A model generated the notes under the pieces. The model saw only the letters and a program-made list of their open reading frames with translations, was not told the DNA's origin and did no database searches. Shown in pieces: positions 51,601 through 61,003 of a stretch of 64,000 bases of DNA. Position numbers and translations under genes: made by a program. This stretch comes from an uncultured Pelagibacteraceae bacterium (lineage in GTDB: Bacteria > Pseudomonadota > Alphaproteobacteria > Pelagibacterales > AG-422-B15): NCBI GenBank assembly GCA_902589175.1, contig CACIRX010000001.1, positions 186,938 to 250,937 on the forward strand. Direction: 5' to 3'. Within the stretch, counting starts at the first letter, position 1, and each line of letters opens with the position of its first letter.

Positions 51601-51691
51601 TAGGAGACTCAAATAGCGCTGCAAAATTAAGCCAAGCAGTGCAATTGAAAATTCGCGTGGCTTAAGCGGTACACTCATTTACAGCATTATG
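51601..51691 (+). promoter_or_regulatory. Structured 5' leader (riboswitch candidate) of the metF-like/GcvT-like operon
   Basis: Upstream TTGCTA-N17-TAAGTT (51566-51594); stem TTAAGCCA/TGGCTTAA; outer imperfect stem reaching the AUG. Confidence 0.45.
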
Positions 51692-52429
51692 GGAAATGTA
51701 AATTTTTCATTGGAAGTTACTACAAGAACAAATCTGTCTGATTTGCCTAAACTCAGTGATATTTATATTACATTTTTGCCTGGCACAAGTTATCTTGACG
51801 TTATTGAACAAACCAAAGCGTTAGCTAGTGCAGGTTATAATCCCATTCCTCACTTTCCAGCTCGTTCAATTACTGATTCAGATATGTTAAAATCATATAT
51901 AGAGCAAGTTAAAGAGGCTGGAGTTAAACAAGTTTTAATAATTGGTGGCGATCGAGATATTTTAGGAAAATATCATTGTTCACTACAACTTATAGAAACT
52001 GGATTGTTTGATGGAATGAAAATAGGTATTGCTGGTCATCCTGAGGGATCTCCAAATATGAGCGATGCAGCTATTGAAGAAGCAATGAAATCAAAGGCCC
52101 CATTTGCTGACTATATTGTGACACAGTGGACACAAGATACAGACGCATTATCCTCTTTTATTTCTGGAGCACCACTTCCTGTTCATGTAGGCGTTGCGGG
52201 TCCGGCTTCTATGAAGACACTAGTAAAATTCGCTGGATTTGTTGGATTAAAGAATACGCTTAATTTCGCAAAAAAAAATGCATCTAAAATTTTTGATTTA
52301 TTGACTGTTCAGACACCTGATGATGTAATTCAAGAATTAAAAGAGAACGTTGAACATTTTCACATTTATGCGTTTGGTGGAATAAAAAAAGCAAACGAAT
52401 GGTTAGAAAAGGAGAACTACTATGTCTAA
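51689..52429 (+). CDS. metF: Short methylenetetrahydrofolate reductase-like protein
   Basis: YITFLPG, PHFPAR, IGGD, AGHPEG, VTQ, GVAGPA, HIYAFGG. Confidence 0.8.
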   Translation: MGNVNFSLEVTTRTNLSDLPKLSDIYITFLPGTSYLDVIEQTKALASAGYNPIPHFPARSITDSDMLKSYIEQVKEAGVKQVLIIGGDRDILGKYHCSLQLIETGLFDGMKIGIAGHPEGSPNMSDAAIEEAMKSKAPFADYIVTQWTQDTDALSSFISGAPLPVHVGVAGPASMKTLVKFAGFVGLKNTLNFAKKNASKIFDLLTVQTPDDVIQELKENVEHFHIYAFGGIKKANEWLEKENYYV

Positions 52430-53765
52430 AAAAATAGAACATAACACTACTGTTGATCAAAGCGACAGACATGTTCCTTACAATTTACGCCAAAGTGGAC
52501 CAACAAAAGTTGAAATGTTGATTTCAACTCGAGTGAGAAAGTCACCATATTGGCATAAGTCGATGGAGGCAGGATGCTGGAGAGCAACAGTTTATAACCG
52601 TATTTATCATCCAAGAGGTTATGTAAAGCCTGAAGATGGTGGAGCAATGGTTGAATATGAAGCAATTAAAAATCATGTGACTATGTGGAATGTTGCAGTT
52701 GAAAGACAAATACGTGTAATTGGTCCAGATGCTGAAAAATTTACAGACTATGTAATTACAAGGGATGCTACAAAGATATCACCATTACGAGCTAGGTACG
52801 TAATATTATGTAACTATAAAGGCGGAGTCTTAAATGATCCTATTCTCTTAAGAATCTCGAAAGATGAGTTTTGGTTTAGTTTGTCAGACTCAGATATTGG
52901 ACTTTATTTGCAAGGCGTAAACGCTGATAAAAGATTTGATGTGGAAATTGATGAAATTGATGCATGCCCTGTTCAAATTCAAGGACCAAAAGCCATTGCC
53001 TTGATGAAAGACTTAGTGGGTGATCAAGTTGATCTTGATAATATTCCTTTCTATGGTCTAGCAGAAGTTACAGTTGGTGGAAGAAGTTGCGTGATTTCTC
53101 AAACTGGTTTCTCTGGCGAGTCCGGTTATGAAATTTATTTACGAAATGCGACGCTCTATGCCGACGATATGTGGGATGCTGTTTTGGAAGCAGGCAAGAA
53201 ACATAATCTAATGGTTATAGCACCTGCTCACCACAGAAGAATACAAGCAGGTATTTTATCCTGGGGTCAGGACTTAGATCATGAGCACAATCCTTTTCAA
53301 TGTAATCTTGGTTATCAAGTTTCTTTATCTGGAAAAGGTGAATGGGAGAAAAAAGGTGATTATATCGGTAAGCAAGCGCTTGAAAAGATGAAGGCTGACT
53401 TGAAAGATGGTCATAAGCCATACAAGTTACAATTGGTGGGATTTGAGATTGGTGGTAAACCAATTGATGAGTATGCGCCTGATTTTTGGCTTGTATCTCC
53501 TGGTGACGGTGGAGACCCATGTGGCTTTATTACTTCACCTTGGTATCATCCTGAAAAAGGAAAAAATATAGCTATGGGTTATATACCTTTTGATGGAACT
53601 CTTAATGCAAATGGCTTTCCAAAATGGGAACTAGGTAAAAAATTTAAAGTTCATTTACCTGATATTTATGCTGATGAGCCAGGAGTACCAGTAGACGCTG
53701 TAACAGTTGATGTACCGTTTACTGAGTCTTTCAACGCGAATACAAGAGAAGTTGTAAAGGGCTAG
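52422..53765 (+). CDS. GcvT/DmdA-family THF-dependent aminomethyl/demethyl transferase
   Basis: TVYN, WNVAVERQ, GPDA, NDP, QIQGP, TGFSGESGYEIY, RRIQAGILSWG. Confidence 0.88.
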   Translation: MSKKIEHNTTVDQSDRHVPYNLRQSGPTKVEMLISTRVRKSPYWHKSMEAGCWRATVYNRIYHPRGYVKPEDGGAMVEYEAIKNHVTMWNVAVERQIRVIGPDAEKFTDYVITRDATKISPLRARYVILCNYKGGVLNDPILLRISKDEFWFSLSDSDIGLYLQGVNADKRFDVEIDEIDACPVQIQGPKAIALMKDLVGDQVDLDNIPFYGLAEVTVGGRSCVISQTGFSGESGYEIYLRNATLYADDMWDAVLEAGKKHNLMVIAPAHHRRIQAGILSWGQDLDHEHNPFQCNLGYQVSLSGKGEWEKKGDYIGKQALEKMKADLKDGHKPYKLQLVGFEIGGKPIDEYAPDFWLVSPGDGGDPCGFITSPWYHPEKGKNIAMGYIPFDGTLNANGFPKWELGKKFKVHLPDIYADEPGVPVDAVTVDVPFTESFNANTREVVKG

Positions 53766-53776
53766 TTTATATTAAT

Positions 53777-53804
53777 TGCTCAGCACAAATCAGCGTGCTG
53801 AGCA
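53777..53804. terminator. Hairpin between convergent genes
   Basis: TGCTCAGCAC-N8-GTGCTGAGCA perfect 10-bp stem. Confidence 0.75.
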
Positions 53805-53820
53805 TTAATAATAATACAAT

Positions 53821-54315
53821 TTAGGATTTGTGTTGTACGTAAAGTTGGTGATAGCAAACTTTACCATTTTTTTCTATGAAGTCTTGGTGGTATTCTTCAG
53901 CAGGCCAAAATTTAGCATTCTCTCTTAATTCTGTAACTACTTCGTTTTGATGTTCGCCTGAGTTATTAATCTCATCAATTTTGCTTTCTGATATTCTTCT
54001 TTCTTCATCAGAATTACAAAAAATAACTGATTTGTATTGTTCACCAATGTCTGGACCTTGACGATTCATCTGAGTTGGATCATGAATAAAGAAAAACTTG
54101 TCTAACAATTCCTCAAACTTTACTTCACTATTATCATACTCAATCTCAACAACTTCAATGTGCCCTGACTTTCCTGTACAGACCTCTTCATATGTAGGAT
54201 TTTCTGTATGTCCGCCGGCATATCCTGAAATTACTTTTTTAACGCCAGACATTTCTTCAAAAAGAACTTCTACTCCCCAAAAACATCCTGCGCCTAGTAT
54301 TAACTTTGAAATCAT
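53821..54315 (-). CDS. msrA: Peptide methionine sulfoxide reductase A
   Basis: GCFWG, NPTYEEVC, HDPT, AEEYHQ. Confidence 0.96.
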   Translation of the reverse strand: MISKLILGAGCFWGVEVLFEEMSGVKKVISGYAGGHTENPTYEEVCTGKSGHIEVVEIEYDNSEVKFEELLDKFFFIHDPTQMNRQGPDIGEQYKSVIFCNSDEERRISESKIDEINNSGEHQNEVVTELRENAKFWPAEEYHQDFIEKNGKVCYHQLYVQHKS

Positions 54316-54390
54316 ACCTTAACATAAGGTTTTTTTTATATATGTTAAAGATCAAATTAAATTATATTCCATCTAATATTAATACTGATA

Positions 54391-55536
54391 ATGAATAATC
54401 AAGATATAAGCATTGGCAAACTCTCAAGGTTAAAGATCTGGATAACTGATAATCATCTTTCTGATGATCAATGGTCAAATACAAAAAAATTTATCATCAT
54501 AAAAATAACTACTGTAGATGGAATTGAAGGTTGGGGAGAAGCGTTCTCTATTAATTTTAGAGAAAAAGGTATTGCGATTATTATAAAAGAGCTATTTAGA
54601 GAAATTTCGAATATTCCAAATCTATCAATTAATTCATTTTATAATAAAATTTCATTGTTAAGTGATGGTCACAGAGGTTTAGATTTCAGCTCTGCTACAA
54701 GTGCCATTGAAATTGCATTATGGGACATATCAGGGAAGTTAAAAAATCTTCCTTTAAATTCTTTACTAACAAAAAGCCCCAAACCAAATGTTCCCATTTA
54801 TGCTACGTGTTGGAGCGATTTAAAAAAAGACACAAATGACTATTTGAGACAAATAGAAAAATTTTATGGAAAGAAATATGGGGGGATCAAGATATATCCA
54901 ATGCTGGATAACGTATCAATTTCAATTCAGTTTGTTGAAAAAGTTAGAGAAATAGTAGGAGATGAATTACCGCTAATGCTTGATTTAGCTGTACCTAAAG
55001 ATTTAGATCAGACAAAATCTTTTTTAAAAGAAGTATCGTCATTTAATCCTTACTGGATAGAAGAGCCTGTTGATGGTGAGAATATAAGCTTACTTACTGA
55101 GATCAAAAATGCTTTTAATATGAAAGTTGTAACAGGTGAAAAGCAATCAGGCTTGGTCCATTTCAGAGAATTAATAAAGAGAAATGCAGCAGATATATTT
55201 AATCCTGATATTTCAGGTATGGGCGGACTCATTGATATTATCACGATATCAAATGAAGCATCAAATAATGGCATCTCTATTTCTCCACATTGCTGGAATT
55301 CAATGTCCGTTTCAGCATCTGCGATGCTTCATGTTTGCTCAAGTATTTCTAATTCAGAAAAGGCTGAAATATTTCCAGATTATATAAACTTTTCAAAGAA
55401 ATTTTGTGAGTTACCTTTTGATATTGTAGATAATAAAGCACATATAAATAAATCAGCTGGACTTGGTATAGTTATTCATGAAGATATTTTATCTCGGTTG
55501 AGTATTTATTCATTGGATGAAAAGAGTAATGACTGA
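54391..55536 (+). CDS. Mandelate racemase-subgroup enolase-superfamily enzyme
   Basis: GWGE, IALWD, metal ligands in D/EEP/GE, PD, PHCW; KIY where MR has KxK. Confidence 0.88.
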   Translation: MNNQDISIGKLSRLKIWITDNHLSDDQWSNTKKFIIIKITTVDGIEGWGEAFSINFREKGIAIIIKELFREISNIPNLSINSFYNKISLLSDGHRGLDFSSATSAIEIALWDISGKLKNLPLNSLLTKSPKPNVPIYATCWSDLKKDTNDYLRQIEKFYGKKYGGIKIYPMLDNVSISIQFVEKVREIVGDELPLMLDLAVPKDLDQTKSFLKEVSSFNPYWIEEPVDGENISLLTEIKNAFNMKVVTGEKQSGLVHFRELIKRNAADIFNPDISGMGGLIDIITISNEASNNGISISPHCWNSMSVSASAMLHVCSSISNSEKAEIFPDYINFSKKFCELPFDIVDNKAHINKSAGLGIVIHEDILSRLSIYSLDEKSND

Positions 55537-57040
55537 ATCAAACTATCTATTTGACAAAATATTCAAATCTAACGAAACGAGTCCAAATATTTTTTTGATC
55601 AATGAAACTAAAGAGATAAGTTACTTAGAATTCAATGAAATTGTAAATCAAATTTCTAATTACTTAATAGATATAAATTTATTACCAGGTGACCGCGTGG
55701 CCATACAGGCAGAAAAGAATGTAATTCAACTTGCTACATATGTAGCGACCGTTAAAGCTGGAGGTGTTTATCTGCCACTCAATACTGGCTATACCCTAAG
55801 TGAACTTGAATATTTCTTCAATGACGCCAAACCTAAGGTGATAATTGTCGATGACAAAATTCAAAATGAAGTAAAAAACTTAGTGAGCTATTCTTCGGTT
55901 TCAATTTTATCATTAAATTTAGATGAAACTGGTTCATTGATTGAGCAGATAAAAAAATATCCAAAAAAATTTCAATCTATTAAAAGAAACAAAAATGACT
56001 TAGCTGCCATTTTATATACATCCGGTACTACTGGAAAATCAAAAGGAGCAATGCTATCGCATAGAAATTTGGTTTCAAATTCTGAAGTTTTAAGAAAATT
56101 TTGGAAATTTACAGAAAATGATGTTCTTTTACATATGCTACCTATTTATCATACGCACGGTCTTTTTGTTGCATGTAATCTTCTTGCAATTGTCGGAGGA
56201 TCAATGATTTTCTTGGAAAAATTTGATGCTGAAAAAGCCTTGCTTTGGATGAAAAGAGCCACATCCATGATGGGTGTGCCGACTTTTTATACAAGATTGT
56301 TGGCAAATGAAAAATTAAATAATGAGTCAGCAAAACACATGAGACTATTTATTTCTGGTTCAGCACCTTTACTTTCAGAAACCCACATTGAATTTGAAAA
56401 AAGAACTGGTAAAAAAATTCTTGAGAGATATGGCATGACAGAAACAAATATGAATATTTCAAATCCATATGACGGATCACGGAAAGCAGGCACAGTGGGC
56501 ATACCTCTTCCAGGTATTGAAATAAGAATAGTCAATGAAGAAGGTAATGAAGTAAAGGTGGGTCAAATAGGAACTATTGAACTTAAGGGCGAAAATATTT
56601 TCAAGGGTTACTGGGGAATGGAAGAAAAGACCAAAGAATCATTTAAAGATGATGGTTTCTTCATAACAGGTGATCTCGCAAAGAAAGATGAAAATGGCTA
56701 CTTTACTATTGTTGGTAGAGATAAAGATATGATTATAAGCGGTGGACTAAATGTTTATCCTAAGGAAATAGAAGATGTGATAAATGAGTTACCAAATATT
56801 ACAGAGTCAGCAGTTTTTGGTGTTCAACATGATGATTTTGGCGAAGCAGTTGTTGCGGCAGTAGTGACAACAGATGGTAAAAATGACGGTAGTCAAATAT
56901 TGGATTATACAAAAGATAAAATTGCTAAATATAAACAGCCAAAAAAAATAATATTTATGTCAAATTTACCTAGAAATTCTATGGGCAAAGTTCAAAAAAA
57001 TAAATTGAGAGAAAATAATAAAAGTTTATTTAAGAGTTAA
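55529..57040 (+). CDS. matB: Malonyl-CoA synthetase
   Basis: YTSGTTGKSKG, LPIYHTHGLFV, MGVPTFYTRL, ERYGMTE, MGKVQK. Confidence 0.9.
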   Translation: MTESNYLFDKIFKSNETSPNIFLINETKEISYLEFNEIVNQISNYLIDINLLPGDRVAIQAEKNVIQLATYVATVKAGGVYLPLNTGYTLSELEYFFNDAKPKVIIVDDKIQNEVKNLVSYSSVSILSLNLDETGSLIEQIKKYPKKFQSIKRNKNDLAAILYTSGTTGKSKGAMLSHRNLVSNSEVLRKFWKFTENDVLLHMLPIYHTHGLFVACNLLAIVGGSMIFLEKFDAEKALLWMKRATSMMGVPTFYTRLLANEKLNNESAKHMRLFISGSAPLLSETHIEFEKRTGKKILERYGMTETNMNISNPYDGSRKAGTVGIPLPGIEIRIVNEEGNEVKVGQIGTIELKGENIFKGYWGMEEKTKESFKDDGFFITGDLAKKDENGYFTIVGRDKDMIISGGLNVYPKEIEDVINELPNITESAVFGVQHDDFGEAVVAAVVTTDGKNDGSQILDYTKDKIAKYKQPKKIIFMSNLPRNSMGKVQKNKLRENNKSLFKS

Positions 57041-58022
57041 CTTCTATCCAGTTGTTGATTTCCTCAACAAAGAAATCATCTTGTGGGGAGTTTAGAATTC
57101 CAATAATATCATGATAATTAAAGCCTCCTAAATTAGTATCGTTATTAATTATTTTCTTGGGTCCTTTCCATTGTTCAAATATTTTTTTAACTCCTTCAGC
57201 GTTTACTACTTTATCTTTTTCTTCATAAAATACTAATAGTGGAATCTTAGTCTCTTGAAATTCAAGTTTCCTTCCAGAAAATGCCGCCACCCAAAGCTGT
57301 CTTGGAAGTTCCCTGTGAAATTCGTTGACCCAAAAAGGATCCCATTCTTCATTTGGCAAGTCAAACATTCTAGGAAAATTAAACTTGTATTGGCTTTTAA
57401 AAAATAACCCAGTCGCCGCTAAGAAATAAGGAGGAGATAGCTTGGGTGTCCATGGCGCCACAAGTACCAAATGATCAATTTTTTCACTTAAATTCTGATC
57501 TTTTGCAGCCATTAATGCAAATGAACCTCCAGCTGAAAAACCCATTAATATAACTTTGTTTCCGATTTTATTGCCTACTGCAACGGCTTCGGCTGCATCT
57601 TCGAGAAAATTTTTGGCCTCCAGAGATTTTGTAGATTCAAAGCCAGAGCCATGGCCAGCTAGTCTTGATATAAATAAATTAGCTTTTAATTTTTTGGCAA
57701 TCTTTACCAAAACTTCTTCTTGTTGACGCCCCGTCGCAAAACTTCCATGAAGATAAACAATTGAATATTCAGTTTTAATTTTCGCATCATCATGCCATAT
57801 GATTTTTTTCTTTGCTCGGGGATCAGTATTCTCAAAAAGCAGTTCTTTTTCAGCAATATAGCTTTCAACATCTTTATCAATGACAATATCAGGAAAAGTT
57901 ATTTTTATTGTATTAAATAAATAAGGCAGAGTAATTCCTACAATAAAGATGACTGGTACTATTAAAACAATAGCAACTATGAGCAATGCTCGATATAATT
58001 TAAACCTGGTAGCCCTAGACAT
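57030..58022 (-). CDS. Membrane-anchored alpha/beta hydrolase
   Basis: N-terminal TM, YLHG, GFSAG nucleophile elbow, D.VV, late His. Confidence 0.82.
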   Translation of the reverse strand: MSRATRFKLYRALLIVAIVLIVPVIFIVGITLPYLFNTIKITFPDIVIDKDVESYIAEKELLFENTDPRAKKKIIWHDDAKIKTEYSIVYLHGSFATGRQQEEVLVKIAKKLKANLFISRLAGHGSGFESTKSLEAKNFLEDAAEAVAVGNKIGNKVILMGFSAGGSFALMAAKDQNLSEKIDHLVLVAPWTPKLSPPYFLAATGLFFKSQYKFNFPRMFDLPNEEWDPFWVNEFHRELPRQLWVAAFSGRKLEFQETKIPLLVFYEEKDKVVNAEGVKKIFEQWKGPKKIINNDTNLGGFNYHDIIGILNSPQDDFFVEEINNWIEVNS

Positions 58023-58398
58023 TTACACTTGTATATGAGCAAATTTTGTTACCATCTGGGTCTCTGATGTATGCATAATAAACATTACTGTCGCTTGGTC
58101 TAAAACCTGGATCCCCTTCATTTTGTGCTCCAAGTCCTAAAGCAGTTTTGTGAAACTTATCAACTTGTTCTTTTGACTCGGTCAAAAAGGATATCTGTGT
58201 ACCATTTCCAAATGTAACAGGCTTTCCATTTGCCGGTTTGGTTATATAGAACTCAACATCTTCTTTCCCCTCTCGAGCATAACCTACACACACCTCATCC
58301 TCATAAATTGAAACTATTCCCATTACTGCGAGGACAACATCGTAGAATGCTTTAGATTCTTTTAAATTACTTGACCCAACCATTACGTATCCTCTCAT
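58015..58398 (-). CDS. VOC/glyoxalase family protein
   Basis: GNGT, EGDPG.R, YIRDPDGNKI. Confidence 0.88.
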   Translation of the reverse strand: MRGYVMVGSSNLKESKAFYDVVLAVMGIVSIYEDEVCVGYAREGKEDVEFYITKPANGKPVTFGNGTQISFLTESKEQVDKFHKTALGLGAQNEGDPGFRPSDSNVYYAYIRDPDGNKICSYTSVNV

Positions 58399-58410
58399 TA
58401 TCTATCCTTT

Positions 58411-59574
58411 CTATGAATATTGCTTTGATGTTACTTCCTCAAGCATCAGAATCATTTTGGCTTTATAGTCTTCATCAGTTGCTGAGTCGGTTTCTAAAAC
58501 AGAAAAAAAACTTGCAACAACATTTGTTTCTAAGTTAATCATTAAAAATTGCCCACCGTATCCAGAATGCCCAATCCAATTATTAGATTTCATAGTTTGA
58601 TTTGCATAATAAACATATTTTTCATCTTTTAAGTGCATATATTTTGGACCTTTTTCAGAAACTGTATCATAAATAAATTTACGAGAGCCAGCTAATCTAT
58701 TTCTGATCCCAAGACCTTTTCTTGAGAAATGCAGTCCCATGCGTAGCAAATCTCTTGCAACAAGACAACCACCACCGGACAGCCATGGCATCCCACCTCT
58801 ATCTGTTGCCATATACAAACCATCTTCAAGACCCATTGCTTCTACTGACGAGAGAAGCCACTCTCGCAGCTCTCTTCCACTTAATTTTTCAATTAGTAGA
58901 GCAATCACATCGCTGTTTGCTGACTTATAAAATGCTTTATCAGAATTGTTTATTACAGAATTAGTTCCATCTGTTTGAATACTGTTCAAGAAATCTTCTT
59001 GAAACTTTTCATCTTTATCTTTATCTGGTATTCGCCAGCCACCAACAGTTTCATGCATAAATGATGTTGAATACGGGTCAGTATAATCTTCGGTAAAAGC
59101 ATTAATAATGTTCATATTTAATACGTTTTGAACCGTCGCTTTTGAATATCCTTCTCCAATATTGGGCAAATAATAACCAATAGATTTTTCCAATTGCAAT
59201 TCACCTTTCTCAACTAATTCACCGACAAATAGATTTAAAAACATCTTTGAAATTGACATTATTGTATGCGGTGTTTCAGAAGAGAAATCTTTTGCATATT
59301 TCTCAAAAAATATTTCTTGCCCTCTTCCAACTAATAAAGAACAAAAAGATTTATGGCTCGTCATTTCCCTTACTGAGTTTATTTTATCTATTTCATCTTT
59401 ACTGTTCTCATTAAGCAAAAGAACGTAATCTGATCTTAACAAAAGACCATATCTGTTTATTTTATGAAGATTCCTATAGCCAGTTCTTCTATATTCAGGA
59501 AGGTTCCATTTAGCTTTATTGTCGCGTAATGTTACAAGAGTTGGGTTTGGGGTATCGACTAACTTATTAACCAT
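58411..59574 (-). CDS. Beta-lactamase-fold serine hydrolase (NylB-like)
   Basis: SISK (SxxK), YKS, HSGYGGQ. Confidence 0.82.
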   Translation of the reverse strand: MVNKLVDTPNPTLVTLRDNKAKWNLPEYRRTGYRNLHKINRYGLLLRSDYVLLLNENSKDEIDKINSVREMTSHKSFCSLLVGRGQEIFFEKYAKDFSSETPHTIMSISKMFLNLFVGELVEKGELQLEKSIGYYLPNIGEGYSKATVQNVLNMNIINAFTEDYTDPYSTSFMHETVGGWRIPDKDKDEKFQEDFLNSIQTDGTNSVINNSDKAFYKSANSDVIALLIEKLSGRELREWLLSSVEAMGLEDGLYMATDRGGMPWLSGGGCLVARDLLRMGLHFSRKGLGIRNRLAGSRKFIYDTVSEKGPKYMHLKDEKYVYYANQTMKSNNWIGHSGYGGQFLMINLETNVVASFFSVLETDSATDEDYKAKMILMLEEVTSKQYS

Positions 59575-60991
59575 TAATTATATTAGGTTTTATTTTTGAA
59601 TGATTAAAGATTTCTTCATAATATTTTCCAATTTGTATCACTTTTTCATCTGATTTATTTTTTCCAATTAATTGCATACCCATTGGTAGTCCCTCAGCAT
59701 TAAAGCCAACTGGTAATGATATGGTAGGCAATTGAAACATGCTTGCAAATACCGTAACTTCCATCCAGCGATGGTATGTGTCCATCTGGGTTTTTGAAAT
59801 ACTTTTTGGAAAATCTATTTCTTTGTTAAATGGAAATAATTGTGCTGATGGTAAAGCAATAAAATCATATTTTTCAAATATACTATCGACATATTTTTTA
59901 TAATTATGATACCAATCAATGGAATTAGAAACTTGATCGTCTGAAACTTTACTTCCTTCCTCGTATTCCCATTTAGCTGGAAAGCTTAGTTCATTAAAAT
60001 CCTTAATTTGCATTGCAGAAATATCATTAAATGTGATTTTTGACCTGAGAGTGCACCATGTATCCCATAGTTTATCTGGATCAATATTAACTTTGCATTG
60101 TTCTACAAATATCTTTTTGTCTGTTTCCACGAGTTTGTTTAAAGAAGCTTCGCATAATTCTATAATTCCTTCTTCAAAAGAATAGTGTTCAACAAAGTTA
60201 CTAATCCAACCAATCTTTATTTCACTAGATAAATTTTTAGTTATTGACTGAAATGAACCCTCAAAGTTGAACGAGTAGGGATCTTCTATATCTTTTCCAA
60301 CGACGGTATCTAAAAAAATACTTAAGTCATCAGGTGTTCTGGCAATTCCACCTGGAGTCGTCAATACAGGAAATTTACTGGTTTCTCTTTTATCAGATAT
60401 CAGTCCAGGAGATGGTCTAAAACCATATAGATTTGTGAAAGCTGCAGGGTTTCTGCAAGAGCCCATCATGTCCGTACCATCAGAAAATGGTATGAGGCAG
60501 CTGGCTACAGCTGCTGACGCTCCTCCGCTTGAGCCGCCAGGTGATAGATTATAGTTATAAGGATTTGAAACTGGATCAAATAATTTATTCTTTGTATGAG
60601 ATCCAATTGCTAGTTCTGCCATATTTGATTTTCCAATAATTGTGGCTCCTTGATGCTTTATTTTTTTTACAATTAACGAGTCATTTTGTGGAAAATTATT
60701 TCGATATTCAAGTATTCCATAAGTAGTTGGCAGTCCAGTTACGTCGAATAATTCTTTTGAAACAAATGGAAGTCCAAATAAAATTTGTTTTCTTGTAACA
60801 TCAACTTTTTGTTCATCCTGTGCCTTTGCTTTATCAATAATCCAATCTTTGTCTCTAAGTGACACAATGGCGTTAAGCTTAGGATTAAGCTTTTCAATAT
60901 TGGATAAGTATTCTTGAAAAAGTTCTTCAACTTTTATTTCTTTTTTAGAAATTAAATCAATTTGATCCCGAACAGATAAATGAGTAATCAT
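59567..60991 (-). CDS. Amidase signature family enzyme
   Basis: KELFD, GGSSGG, GTDMMGSCRNPA. Confidence 0.9.
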   Translation of the reverse strand: MITHLSVRDQIDLISKKEIKVEELFQEYLSNIEKLNPKLNAIVSLRDKDWIIDKAKAQDEQKVDVTRKQILFGLPFVSKELFDVTGLPTTYGILEYRNNFPQNDSLIVKKIKHQGATIIGKSNMAELAIGSHTKNKLFDPVSNPYNYNLSPGGSSGGASAAVASCLIPFSDGTDMMGSCRNPAAFTNLYGFRPSPGLISDKRETSKFPVLTTPGGIARTPDDLSIFLDTVVGKDIEDPYSFNFEGSFQSITKNLSSEIKIGWISNFVEHYSFEEGIIELCEASLNKLVETDKKIFVEQCKVNIDPDKLWDTWCTLRSKITFNDISAMQIKDFNELSFPAKWEYEEGSKVSDDQVSNSIDWYHNYKKYVDSIFEKYDFIALPSAQLFPFNKEIDFPKSISKTQMDTYHRWMEVTVFASMFQLPTISLPVGFNAEGLPMGMQLIGKNKSDEKVIQIGKYYEEIFNHSKIKPNIING

Positions 60992-61003
60992 CTACGAGGT
61001 TTT

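Noticed and set aside
51601-51690. Canonical glycine or ZTP riboswitch
   Set aside because: GGAGA is present, but the CCGAAG/CUCUCAGG (glycine) and GACUGGCG/CGCCUGGGC (ZTP) elements are missing.
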